A stretch of DNA of 64,000 nucleotides from the NCBI GenBank assembly GCA_023334545.1, contig JAADVB010000018.1, forward strand, positions 62,001 through 126,000. The letters run 5' to 3'. The notes beneath the pieces were generated by a model. It was not told the origin of the DNA and made no database searches. It saw only the letters and a program-made list of their open reading frames with translations. The first letter of the stretch is position 1; every line of letters starts with the position of its first letter. This document shows, in pieces, positions 48,601 to 56,803 of the stretch. The stretch comes from Salisapilia sapeloensis CBS 127946 (lineage: Eukaryota > Protista > Oomycota). A program made the translations under genes and the position numbers.

Positions 48601-50687
48601 TCGATCGAAAATACTTTGGCAATGGTGCTGTCTACGTCTTTTATATCGAAGCACAAGTGCAGCGAATACAGCTACAAACGGATCATGCGCTATCCAAAGG
48701 TACATTCCAATTGCAAGTAAACTACCGCGGCGTACTTGAGAAGACGAATGAGATTGCGTATAATGCCACTTCTACTCAAATGAAAAAGCACGTGGAAGAT
48801 CTGTCGACATTGGCATTCGTAGAAGTAAGTCGAGAAGGTAGTCTAGACAAGGGCTTTACATGGTACGTTACGTTCATTGGCGCCATCATGTCCGTTCCAC
48901 CTTTTGTACCTCTTTGGAAAGGATATGGATGTGATGTGTGCGATGAGTTCAGTAGCTCCTTCGTAGCTGCACCTGCCCAGCAGGTTAAAATAACAGAAAT
49001 GGCATCGATTGGTACTTGGCAAGAGCAGGCAAGACTACATGCTCCGGATGGTAATCCAGGTGACCAGTTCGGTGCTAGTGTTGATATTAGCAACCATCAA
49101 GTTGCCGTCGGAGCTCCTGGATCCGATGCACTGACGACAACAACATGGAACTTTGAAACGGGCGATTTAACCGGATGGCTCGTGACGGGCACTGCATTTG
49201 ATGCTCAGCCTACTTTTGGAGATAACAGTTACCGTCGTATCGATACCTATCGATTCACACCCAAAACGCATGATGGTCCTGGACAGCACTCGAATCATGA
49301 AGGGAGGTACTGGATCGGTACGTTTGAAGATCGAGTTGGTAGAGGAAAAGATGTGAATGTCATTGCGACTTGTCCATTTGCGAATGATCTATGTAGAGTA
49401 CCAAAATACGACCTGCCAGGTCTAAATGCTGCTGGAACGTTTCAAGGAGATGGACCGCAAGGTTCACTTACGTCCCAACCATTTTTGATCTTAGGTTCAT
49501 GGATGTCCTTTCGACTAGGAGGAGGCTGCGACATTCGTGTTGTGTATGTTGAGTTAGTCGTAGATGGACTTCCAACGTACAAGGCAACAGGTAGGTGTGA
49601 AGAAACGATGCACGTAGTCACATGGAACCTCAATCCATATTTAAATCGTACCGCCCAAGTACGACTCGTAGATGCCTCGAGCAGTCACCACTGGGGTCAT
49701 ATCAACTTTGACGATGTGCGCTTCAGTTGGGATGTGTCCCAGCCGTCGACACCACGGGCAGGTGCTGCCTATACATTCCGCCGGAAAGCTCCAAGTAGTC
49801 GAGAGCGTTGCAGTGGGATGAACGTAATGGTTTGTGACTGGGAGTTCCAGGCAAGACTAGGACCGGGTGATAAGAAAGATGGAGATTTATTCGGATTTTC
49901 AGTAAGCATCGACGATGATTCTGGATTGTCCGTCGTCGGAGCGCCTGGGCAGTTAGGCTTTGACGCGAATAATACGCTCCTGGTTGACAGCTTTACTGGG
50001 TTTCCACTCGAATCGGTTGGTAGTGTGTACCTTTTCCAACGTACAAAGGAAGTACAGGATGGTAGAGGAGTATTGCTAACACCTCCACGATGGACACCGA
50101 AAGAGATCGTCAAGCTCCAGTACACACAAAAGCACGCTCAGTCTGAATTCGGGTATGCAGCGCAATTAAGCAAGTACTCGCTCGTGGTAGGATCTCCAGG
50201 ATACTCGAGAACACCTTGGAAAGCCAAGGTCGGCCAGACATTTGCGTATGACGTTCGATTTAGTCATGTACGCTTCACTGCAAAGGAGTTTGGTTGTGTG
50301 GAGAGTAATTTGGATGGCTGGGCTTCACTTACGATTGTGCGAGATGAAACGAATGTGTCGGTTCCATTGACAATTGGGTATGCCACGTCGGATGGAACGG
50401 CTGTGGCAGTTGATGCGGCCAAGTACGCTGCCTGTATGAAGGTTGCGATTAATCGACGACAAGGGTGCTTTGATTACCAGCAAGTTGCAAATGAGATCAC
50501 ATTTGCTGCTGGAGAAACGTCCAAGCAACTACGTATTCCGATCGTAGATGACGATTGCTTTGAATCGTTTGCAGAATACTTTACAGTTCGATTGAATGTG
50601 CCAGGGGGAGAAGCGTTGGTTGGTGAGCAATATGTCGCTAGAGTGCGAATCGATGATGATGACTTTGATTCGGATGCATGCCTATAG
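39615..50687 (+). CDS. Giant intronless secreted adhesin-like protein (3,690 aa): N-terminal Ig-like repeats, 8 'SGSG-L-F-Y-GD-LDY' repeats, FG-GAP repeats, 'WxITF' repeats, 2 Calx-beta, levanase-type accessory domain
   Basis: Signal-peptide-like LILLSVLLLYSIVLIEA. FG-GAP-type motifs (DKLGYSVDID...VMGAPG, DLFGTSVGISG..MIVGAP, RFGYAVAI..TIVVGAP). Calx-beta-like VRFSSKEYDVMEG and DYQQVANEITFAAGETSKQLRIPIVDDD. No C-terminal TM seen. Confidence 0.92.
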   Translation: MIYGSNRYSLILLSVLLLYSIVLIEAYKLRIHVQPETSTGGDPFAVDPVVVLTDNSDIDLDSVNVGGVLAVIGENPNIYGVVEPSNTIFPFVNGVATLTGLYIDLVASDYTLIFISISHGVKVESNPFDIIVGDMYGLALITDISTAYGGTPFRPQPIVAVVDRGGNVVDTHNDGTITVVIKYNPTGGNLLPVTGLTATIGGGMAKFQAMYIDVAGSPYVLEYTADFDLPAGSVIETNPFTVAAGSAAFLVLSSSPSSSIGGKAFGVQPVVEIRDAGNNLREEDSSSFVRAYIGNNPSGGTLLPSSATEVHVKDGVATFRNLRIDRVGSDYSLIFVLYAHVPGTTSYIKTDLELVSPPFDVVVGLPVELAITQRMSDGVLDGQPNAVQPELELWDAGGNVVNSVVSGDVIAHVVPSLSVGATVIIDTSHAPDVTVSHVQYVTNSDLPMPLGVGALIHVQVVFTAEVRATGVPTLELLSSETGGPNGIAECINVGVWTKSLVFEYAVIATDSTPDLNYVSVDALKVVNAIIIDRNMRPALLQLPALDGGYSLKSRSDVEIDTSAPVISYVHSVLPGNGEYGTGEKVYVGVVFSRPVTVYFNIYGGSPYINVVLASTKDGSNKRVAAFHDGNNTDTITFLYTVEDGDSVGLPGIDVVEDINVNNGFIKHYSSFPTTDADVSMVSDSSGNNLASMNQIRIDTSVPVVDASVGVTSVSQDGTYAPGDRITLAVTFDKPVRVDGYPRLYLETGAYDRPAGYATGSGTRVLQFIYKVMAYDSTGGGYLDYRDATALSLNGGAIRRLLSDGSGGVHAQISLQDATDTGKNLANTSQLTIDAQPARVTQVSVTSPPASVTRGDQVEIVVSFTSIVIVDTTEAIPSLKLHIGYYDRRAYYTSGSGSQALKFVYTAMLGDDADTLDYRSINALVLDGSKIRKYSSDPTMDAFLILPTPNLAAYNIEVDPAMGFTTTVSSITADVDPGIYGVKQVITIVVSFSDEVSLYSGMPYLKVSTGALVPYAEGSGTSQLTFMYAVQAGEATSDLDKFDDDAIICSGACQIVNFNREGVDLSLSALRLQPPLIVVDTSAPFVVDVYSVSPIPTINDQKFVVGDQIDIVVEMSADVHIDPPPADYPEKAPTLVLDVDTLGRHVLCSGYYGSDKHKLLFEYIVQHGDTSAELMYVDTASLTLNKDQSAIKRYSTSPTTNAILTLPAPSPLGSGNVIQVDTTLVPHVVSVTSLQNDPIYRAGDIIDIQVLFSYEVAVSGSPFVWLDLGYHSKRATYLSGTGSKSLVFRYTIEEDDYSIDLDYIDRHSLDTSDSKSAIYHAATHPTLLANLYLPYPSTQDSLSYNKDITVDGRKPRVIHVAFVTAEDSYGVGHQIVVEITFSSSIVVIPDDAGTDTTPVLRFRPDGVSGIITRYGYYVSGSGTNTLRFQYEIETGDTSSHLDYAGVDAIETRRSRILTQTTNVGLTPTQSVNLHLNPPGGRLLGDTAQSIAFGRVVFTDLMVNQLGYEYEIIFSTQVATTTLITSSRFDSLYSAVYGLRSSPSEHGDKLGYSVDIDEDTLVMGAPGAQRPISAVQIITAMCDSKDYIDEIQTVTTRATAQPAVQKIISSADPGATIAGNFRLAVAATGKSKVLPADVDIDLLSVTIEQALGFGTHSVNIVREENTACECKNAYIWTITFIFAEGPLAPLLTISELEGDGATIGDGLGSPNAKIIVESTAISGTFTLRTATSVTRLIDYDISPIKLTEYITNDLQLDVRHLRRTGPSTMREYTWYITFLATDQLYDVPELEAQSSGLYGYQARVKVETLRDGLGRLSGFFRLKFRSEMFPSDETEDIAVTASDIDVENALEALTSINDVQVSQSSSINAYGGYSWTITFLQVNTRNEYGPVEDKSGTLPPLEPVTTTLVGGEAVTLLKGSNARIDVQTGGFELSPLTEGATNWGLPGENAGMASVFTRGENDWKQQGSTISAIDTRTGDLFGTSVGISGNSMIVGAPAAAYYGAFELQNLLCDADEGYFRIVYQGRKSSPIEFDATSMQLRLAIVEAMSVPYGDVVIMTDFNDLCGGIEITIQLRSGNHGDTSGNIPELVVDATGLKKAGVQGIGLVQEYQRGTFQKGGEGAKGLQCGAAYVFERNEEEVWDEKAKLTPPVDMLSDVTEFGSQVAIYNRWAVVTAPGAYHHEGRAFVYEYDSGSKIWSLFQILDAYPYEKSSYDRFGDCVAISGHDDGTVVIAIGAPGFASAHGSVFVFDLLFGVFQNRQSIIDPYPGMGEAARFGSSVGLDMSSTFTLVAGAPNYATDVGDKDSGIAVVLTRRSGKDTYFKPQQALVGSDTRSKDRFGISVAISKDTLLIGAHELYQGIQTIRKPVQRVASVVLDDGQSVASGSFNLALLVVNNTADNSSSLVITRTMAFDVSALSMQSAIENDLPLGHVQVRRDGPSDRNEFSWYITFTQATGNIPLIQVGENHLATDAIVNSASVMIDIEWAVTMPPILRSNVYTFTRNEFNRWTEQLSFFPRAKQYFSWFGTSLALHERTAIVGAYNLDTYATGSNSGGGFVYDLGILGVRFSSKEYDVMEGETLSVDVTRCNEDGIYCAMDVAAEAQLYVNYDTGDAFSNRESKNVVKIEPRIGYYQRLSMLEAIPQSVSSFYASKVLGQEPYPQRGYGRWLRIDSAGTANARNQFYGSSERRSLWIDSQYDYDGEADYATSSGELYFDLEEPIHSFQVATTGDLVYEDLDESIMLRLSLPGIWPSRNGQLWSTATILDDGDGGMGTQSYLDVLSPEESDLQLHSQFGSVVSIFDDANVAVVGAPFDQEDENGIVTCGAAYFYARKSGVWELQNRQTPSSCVHGMLFGASVAVDGSLGPVRAIVGAPGAKEAYIYLKTGNTWVEEAQLSHPDATSHLHHFGGPRAVGIYGNIAVVGAAGLESAYVYHRLMTGWVFDRELKCSDSVVTPILQDTFEQEYRFGYAVAINKRTIVVGAPFSDNGKFSGDEYHDPMFDRKYFGNGAVYVFYIEAQVQRIQLQTDHALSKGTFQLQVNYRGVLEKTNEIAYNATSTQMKKHVEDLSTLAFVEVSREGSLDKGFTWYVTFIGAIMSVPPFVPLWKGYGCDVCDEFSSSFVAAPAQQVKITEMASIGTWQEQARLHAPDGNPGDQFGASVDISNHQVAVGAPGSDALTTTTWNFETGDLTGWLVTGTAFDAQPTFGDNSYRRIDTYRFTPKTHDGPGQHSNHEGRYWIGTFEDRVGRGKDVNVIATCPFANDLCRVPKYDLPGLNAAGTFQGDGPQGSLTSQPFLILGSWMSFRLGGGCDIRVVYVELVVDGLPTYKATGRCEETMHVVTWNLNPYLNRTAQVRLVDASSSHHWGHINFDDVRFSWDVSQPSTPRAGAAYTFRRKAPSSRERCSGMNVMVCDWEFQARLGPGDKKDGDLFGFSVSIDDDSGLSVVGAPGQLGFDANNTLLVDSFTGFPLESVGSVYLFQRTKEVQDGRGVLLTPPRWTPKEIVKLQYTQKHAQSEFGYAAQLSKYSLVVGSPGYSRTPWKAKVGQTFAYDVRFSHVRFTAKEFGCVESNLDGWASLTIVRDETNVSVPLTIGYATSDGTAVAVDAAKYAACMKVAINRRQGCFDYQQVANEITFAAGETSKQLRIPIVDDDCFESFAEYFTVRLNVPGGEALVGEQYVARVRIDDDDFDSDACL

Positions 50688-50749
50688 AAATAGACCTTTT
50701 CATACTTTAACCATGCCATACATGGAGGATGAGGAGTTGATGATTGTAA

Positions 50750-51803
50750 GTCGGTTGGATGTAGATGGCGAGCAGATACTTTTCATATCTGCGTGTGTCA
50801 AATGAACGGCAATAGATCTAGTCTGTACGAAGTGCGCTGGAAGGCGTGCATGGGTGAATACAATAAAATTATCTTTATACTGTATATTTGCCGTTAAAGT
50901 TACCAGGCAGTCATCTCCAACATGCATTACCAGTAACAAAGGAAATTTTGAATTTGCTTTAAACATTGAAACGAGAGACGAAACCAGCATGTATGCAATT
51001 GAGAGCACTCTATCCATAATGTTGCCATACAAGTATGTCAGTGTTGCGTTCACACTGACTATGTTTGCTTCGTCTATAGTCGGTCGAGACCAGCGAAAGT
51101 TGCAGTAATTACTAGCACGTGTTAAACAGGTCTTCCAGGCTGCTAGAGATGACGATTTAAAGTACAAATATGGACGGGAAGGTCGGAAGACGTACAGGCA
51201 TATTCTACAAGATAAAACTATTGCTCGAGCATGCTTGACTAAACATACATAGCAACAAACAATGGGAATCAAAAACTGGGTTCCAAAAGTGCTTTTGGCA
51301 ATGCTTGCTTAGCTACTAAAGGTGAGATTTGTTTGTCGACGAGTTTTGTCGTGGAGTTGAAAGTAGGTTGGACATCGTGCTAGCTTTTCAAATGCACGCT
51401 GGTGAGTAATGACGATTTCGGATACTGGTTTCTTCGGTAAATGGAAAGATTGCCAGAAGTCGGATATCGACTAGATTACTATCTCCTATATTTGGCAAGT
51501 CTTGTGAATAAATTGGTCGTGCCGTTCAAAGTGTTTGATGATCATATTCATGCTGGAAAACACGTTTGAGTAGATCGTTCTAACGCAAATCTAATGGAGA
51601 TACCGTAGTACTTGCTTGAGCCTTCCATTTACCAGAGATCTGAGTTGCCTGATCATAAATCCAGTACAGGTAGTTGCGTTACCTACGATGACAGCGAGGC
51701 AGATATCTGCACGAAGCTTTCTGACCCGAACGGAATCCTTTTGAACTTTCAAGGTTTTCGATGCAGCTTCATCGCTTGTTGTCGTGTCTTCGCAAGGTGA
51801 CAT
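50750..51803 (-). CDS. Possible multi-exon hypothetical protein; boundaries uncertain
   Basis: ATG-initiated 70-aa ORF (51591-51803) ending at a GT donor, with further protein-like minus-strand segments downstream. No motif recognised. Confidence 0.25.
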
Positions 51804-52258
51804 CGAGTCTGGTCCACCTCCAAATTACTCGGTGAGTTGCAATCTACTTTCAGCTATACACTAAAAGTAATCTATCGTCCTTTTAACCGGAACACAGTGT
51901 CATTAGCTCATGATAACGGCCATTGTCCAGCATGGCACGCACGCCGAGAGCTGGCAGCGATGAATCCATGCGACCTTTTAAGATTCGGTAAACTTCTGTT
52001 TTTTATTTTTGTTCGCTCGTCGTGCATACAAACGACAAGAGAAAAGGGAACCCATCGTGTCAAGTCGTCGATAAAAAACGAATGTATGCCGACATAAAAT
52101 ACTGGAACGGCCTGTGCGTCGCGAAGGGAAGAAAACGCGACGACAGCGCAGCCACCCTCGAGCTTTTTTTCTACCTACTACTGCCTCCACATCCGTCGAC
52201 CAGTCAAAGCCCATTCATTCATTTCATATCGCCAAGAAAGCTCTCGTTCAAGTAGAAA

Positions 52259-54082
52259 ATGACAGGTATGTCTACTCGTCGTATACCGTGCTCTTGTATC
52301 CTTTCGACGGAACTAGCCAGAGCGAGACGCTTAATTCGATGCTTAGTCTATAGCTGGGGTCGAGGCGAAGATGGTCAATTGGGTTTGGGCAACACGAGCG
52401 ACCAGTTCAAGCCTGTGCTGATCGAAGCACTGGAGGAGCTGCCAATCACACAAATCGCTTGTGGCAGTGGGCACACGGTCGTCCTGAATGGTACTGCTCA
52501 TACCGTCAATATCAATTCAAAATGCTCATGTCTGTATACTAGAGGACGGAGAGGTGCTGACGTGGGGCAGAGGAGATGATGGACGACTGGGCCATGGCGA
52601 TAATGGGTGGAAATTCGAGCCTAGGACCGTCGAAGAGCTGCGAGGCAAGAGTATTAAGCAGATCACATGTGGTAGCTACCACACTGCTGCCGTCACAGGT
52701 ATATCAAGTCTTCTATCTACTAACCGAGACATTCTAATCTTCCGTCGATAGTCTCTGGCGAACTATATACATGGGGAGGAGGCATGTATGGTAAGTTAGG
52801 TCACGGGAACGAGACTGGGCACTCGACACCATGCCTCGTAGATGCCCTAAAGAGTATGCTGGTGAACCAAGTCGCGTGTGGGTCTCGACATACCGTCGTG
52901 CTCATGGAAAACCGGGACGTGTACACGTGGGGAGACAAGGAGAACGGCGTCTCTGGTCATGGCGACACGGAAGGACATCAGTATGCCCCGAGCCCAGTGG
53001 AAGAGCTGCGTGGAAAAAATATCAAGCAGATCTCTGCCTGTGGATTCCACACGGCTGCCCTCACGGAAGATGGGGAGGTATACACTTTCGGCGAAGGCAA
53101 GTTCGGTCGACTAGGTCATAGCAACGAGCGTAATCAGCTTGTCGCGAGGTGTGTAGATGCGTTAGCTGGTAAACGAGTGAAGCAAGTGGCATGTGGTGGC
53201 TTCCACACTGCTGCCGTCACAGAAGCAGGACAGGTGTATACGTGGGGAGGTGGCGAGCATGGTCAGCTCGGACATGGAGATAAAGTGAATAAAACAGCGC
53301 CGACGCTCGTGGAAGCGTTGGCAGACCATCATATTATCCAGGTGACTTGCGGCTGGAGCCACACGGTCGCGCTGTCGGACACCGGAGTCGTCTTCACGTG
53401 GGGCAATGGCGACCACGGCAAGCTTGGACATGATGATACGATGAAGGTGACACTTCCGAAGGCTGTAGGTGCGTTTGAAGGAGAGCATGTAGTTGCGGTG
53501 GCATCGTACAATGAACACACAGTGGCACTCGTCGAACCCGCGGCGCATACTCATGCCAATATGCTTACGTCTTCGTACCTGGCGGAGATGCGGGAGCTGA
53601 TTGACAACCCTGAGTTCTCGGATGTGACGTTCATAGTGGAAGGGCGACCGGTGCATGCCCATCGAGCGATTCTGGCAGCTCGTAGTGACCACTTTCGAGC
53701 TATGTTTTCGTCCGGTATGCGCGAAAGTCGGGAGACAGAGGTAGTGCTGCAGCATATTCGCGTACCAGTCTTCCTCGCTCTTCTCGAGTACATCTACCTA
53801 GATAGTGTAAACGTCTGTGCGGACATGGCTCTCGAGTTGTATGCTGCAGCCGATCTGTATACACTCGATCGTCTAAAAACTTTGTGTGAAGTCATTGTGC
53901 AGAAGAATATCGACGTCGAGAATGCTGCAGTGCTATTTCAATCGGCGGATGAACTCCATTCGCAACGCCTGCGAGAGATCTGTCTCGCCTACATCGTCCG
54001 TCACTTTGATATGGTGACCAAGACAGAAGGGTTTGCAAACCTCAGTCGAGATTTGATCCTCGAAGTACTACGTAGTAGATAA
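52259..54082 (+). CDS. RCC1-repeat + BTB/POZ domain protein (RCBTB-like); 4 exons
   Basis: ATG ACA G|gtatgt...cttag|TC TAT gives MTVYSWGRGEDGQLG. Seven RCC1-type repeats (IACGSGHT, ITCGSYHT, VACGSRHT, SACGFHT, VACGGFHT, VTCGWSHT, VASYNEHT). BTB: FSDVTFIVEGRPVHAHRAILAARSDHFRAMF. Confidence 0.93.
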
Positions 54083-54368
54083 TGTAGTCGCCCGTAGACC
54101 TTTTGCTTTAATACAGCATCTTTATTCTGCATATTACTACATGTCTTTCGTCTTAAACGCATAACTGTACGTCGATTCGTCATGTAATAAGGACGGTAGG
54201 TGATCTATAGAGTAGAGATGGTTAGGATACATGCATCTAGTTGTATTATGGAGGGAAGAAAGGCTTGTGTAGTCAAAAGTACGGAAGAGTGTATTGACAG
54301 TGTTATTATCTCGTCATGGCCTAACGATACTTTGATCGATGCAAAGTGAAAGAGTACATCAGACAAGC

Positions 54369-55391
54369 TTAGAACTGAGGATCACAGTCCGTTGTGTGGT
54401 CTGCGCCAGCCGACGGTGCCGGGGTCACAACTGGAGAGTCGGCCGCAGATTCAGCTCCGTTGTCGGACGAGACCGAGGCGGCAGCGTCCGAGTTATCAGT
54501 GTTTCCACCGTATGCGCGGTCGTTCGACTTATAAGCGTCCGTGGGAGCTTCCGGGCCTTCCGGAGCATCTATCGGCGCTTCCGTGGGCGCTTCCGTGGGC
54601 GCTTCCGTGGGCGCTTCCGTGGGTGCTTCCGTGGGCGCTTCCGTGGGCGCTTCCGTGGGTGCTTCCGTGGGTGCTTCCGTAACGTCTTGTGCGTATTCGT
54701 TAGCAACCGATTCAGTGCCGTCTTGCTGCGAGCTCATGGTGCTCTGGTTCGCACTGTCAGCAGACGCGTCAGCCGATTCAGACGTGTCCGTGGCGCTGTC
54801 TCCAGAGCCACTGGAGGCAGGAGGGGTGGACGCATTGTCGTCTCCGCTCGAGCCATTCGGTTCGTAGAAAATGACCTCAAAGCTCGTACCAGCGTCACAG
54901 TTGTGGGTCTTGGTGTCATCCTTTGGGAAGTTGTACGCGTCTGGGCATCCATCTTCTGGGCAGTCGATTTCGTGACAGTTTCCAGTAGTGTCTTCACCCT
55001 GAGGAATGATCTTGACAGCCTTGTTGAAGCCGATACCAGACTGAGAGTTCTTCTTACAAAGGTCGAGTGTATCACAGAAAATGAAGCCTGGGTTCAGTCG
55101 CGGCGGGATGATAGACAAGTCCCACCACGTCTTGCCTGAGTTATCAACGGAGAACTCGGCTAAAGTTGCCGCATCATCAGATCCTGCTCGAATGTTCCCC
55201 TCGAATCCGGCATCAAGACTTTTGGTAATCGAGGCACCGACAGCTACTTCGTCCGACTCATCCCCGTAGGTACCGCCTAGACGGGTGTAGATAGTCTGAG
55301 AGGTACTGCACTTGTTGGTGATCGTAATGCTGCTGGCATCAACGAGTCCGACGGCGGCGAGTGCTAGAGCGGTGGCAGCAATGACTTGCAT
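54369..55391 (-). CDS. Secreted thaumatin-like protein with acidic Ser/Thr/Pro-rich mucin-like tail
   Basis: Signal peptide MQVIAATALALAAVGLVDA, ITITNKC, ATLAEF, WWDLSII, GFNKAVKIIP, CPDAYNFPKDDTKTHNC match small TLPs. ATG at 55391. Confidence 0.85.
   Translation of the reverse strand: MQVIAATALALAAVGLVDASSITITNKCSTSQTIYTRLGGTYGDESDEVAVGASITKSLDAGFEGNIRAGSDDAATLAEFSVDNSGKTWWDLSIIPPRLNPGFIFCDTLDLCKKNSQSGIGFNKAVKIIPQGEDTTGNCHEIDCPEDGCPDAYNFPKDDTKTHNCDAGTSFEVIFYEPNGSSGDDNASTPPASSGSGDSATDTSESADASADSANQSTMSSQQDGTESVANEYAQDVTEAPTEAPTEAPTEAPTEAPTEAPTEAPTEAPTEAPIDAPEGPEAPTDAYKSNDRAYGGNTDNSDAAASVSSDNGAESAADSPVVTPAPSAGADHTTDCDPQF
54574..54681. repeat. Coding tandem repeat, 9 x 12 bp (GGYGCTTCCGTG), encoding (TEAP)9 on the minus strand
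   Basis: Direct count of 108 nt; units differ only at a synonymous C/T position and the terminal base. Confidence 0.97.
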
Positions 55392-55889
55392 TTTCGATTG
55401 ATAGCTTCTGACTAGCGAAGTAAAATCGTTTATGGTTGGACGAGAACGAGAAAAAGGCTTGTGAGTTGGACAGCTGGAGGTGCGAGGCGTACCGTATCTC
55501 ATTACATTCGAGCAAAAGTCTCTTTCGTGTCCATTGTCAGTAGGAGTCGAGGTGCTTGATGGATTCCTATGGGTGGGAGGGTCAGGTCGAGCTACATTCG
55601 TGTGCTGGAGGCTCTACCGCTGTATACTAGGGTCACTTGCAGCCACTACGTTATTTCGAATAGGTTTTCAATCAAGCTCTCCCGCAGTTCATGCGAGAAA
55701 CATAAGTGGTAGATCGCACGCGTGTGGAGAAGATGCGAATAAGATCAATGTTGTCCAGTTGTAGATGCAAATTATTCCTGTCGTTGCATTGTGTCAACTT
55801 CAATGTAGAGTCTCGTGAAGAGACACTATGCGATCCTGACAGGCTGCTTGCAAATGAGAAGGTGGTTTTAGTATCTCGAGTCGTCCAAA

Positions 55890-56803
55890 TGGATCACATA
55901 CGAGACACGGTAGAAGAGCTTCGTGAAGCCGTTCTGTTTGCACACAGCAGGCACAGTGGAGCGTCGACTTCGTTCTTTGACTTGTCGAATATCTCCGAGC
56001 TTACCAATTCTCAAGCTCCACGCTACAGTCAGATTTCTTGGCCGGATAATGAAAGTAGTCGTGTACGGCCTAGAGCAAGAACAATGTCGTCGTCGGCACA
56101 TGGAGAGAGTCGGATGCAATTGGAGGATCTGGTAGATAGCTCGACAGGATGCGATGCCGATCCGTCGACAAAGCGATCCATTACATCCTCCACCGCATCT
56201 CACCACAGCACTAGAGAACTGAAATTGGAGGCAAAACTTCGAGAGTCGGAGCTTGCTGTTCTTCAATGGCAAGGTGCGTATCAGGACCAGGTTACCACAA
56301 CGAATCGACTTCGTGACCAGCGAGATATGCTGATGGAAGATCATGATGCTCCAATCGACCATAAAGCCGGCTGCGAATCTTCCGTCTTTACTCATACATG
56401 TAGTGACACCAGCAGTTTGATGAATGAGTTGGAAAATAAATTGCGGTATCAGGAAGAAGAGTACGAGTTGCAACGTCGTAGATGGGAATTGGAAAAGTGG
56501 GAGATGCAGGAAAATGCGAATGAACTGTACGAAATAGGTCGCGAGTCTTTAAAAGCAGTGCACGTGGCACAAGACGAGATGCATGAGCAGGAGCGCATGA
56601 CCAAGTGTCATCAACGAGAGATCACTCGTCGGCTCATGGAAGAAACGGTGGCTTTGCTTTTGATAGCCAAGCGACTGACAAAAGCAGCAAAGGATGGACA
56701 AGGTGTCGAGTCGAAAGCGATGCAGCCTAGAACAGTGATGAAAGTGCTCAAACGGTTAAAGAAGGTAATGGATCGACTGGAGGACACGGCAACGGCCGCG
56801 TGA
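55890..56803 (+). CDS. Hypothetical coiled-coil protein
   Basis: 365-aa ORF; likely start MDHIRDTVEELREAVL at 55890. Long E/Q/R/K-rich heptad segments (LMNELENKLRYQEEEYELQRRRWELEKWEMQE). Confidence 0.7.

Noticed and set aside
54574-54681. Possible CRISPR-like or telomeric repeat
   Set aside because: Contiguous 12-bp units with no spacers, in frame inside a coding region of a eukaryotic gene.
54339-55139. 266-aa Arg-rich plus-strand ORF (RFRGRFRG...) and other ORFs with WALP/GASV repeats
   Set aside because: These are alternative-frame readings of the (TEAP)9 repeat of the thaumatin-like gene; the 12-bp repeat has no stops in several frames.
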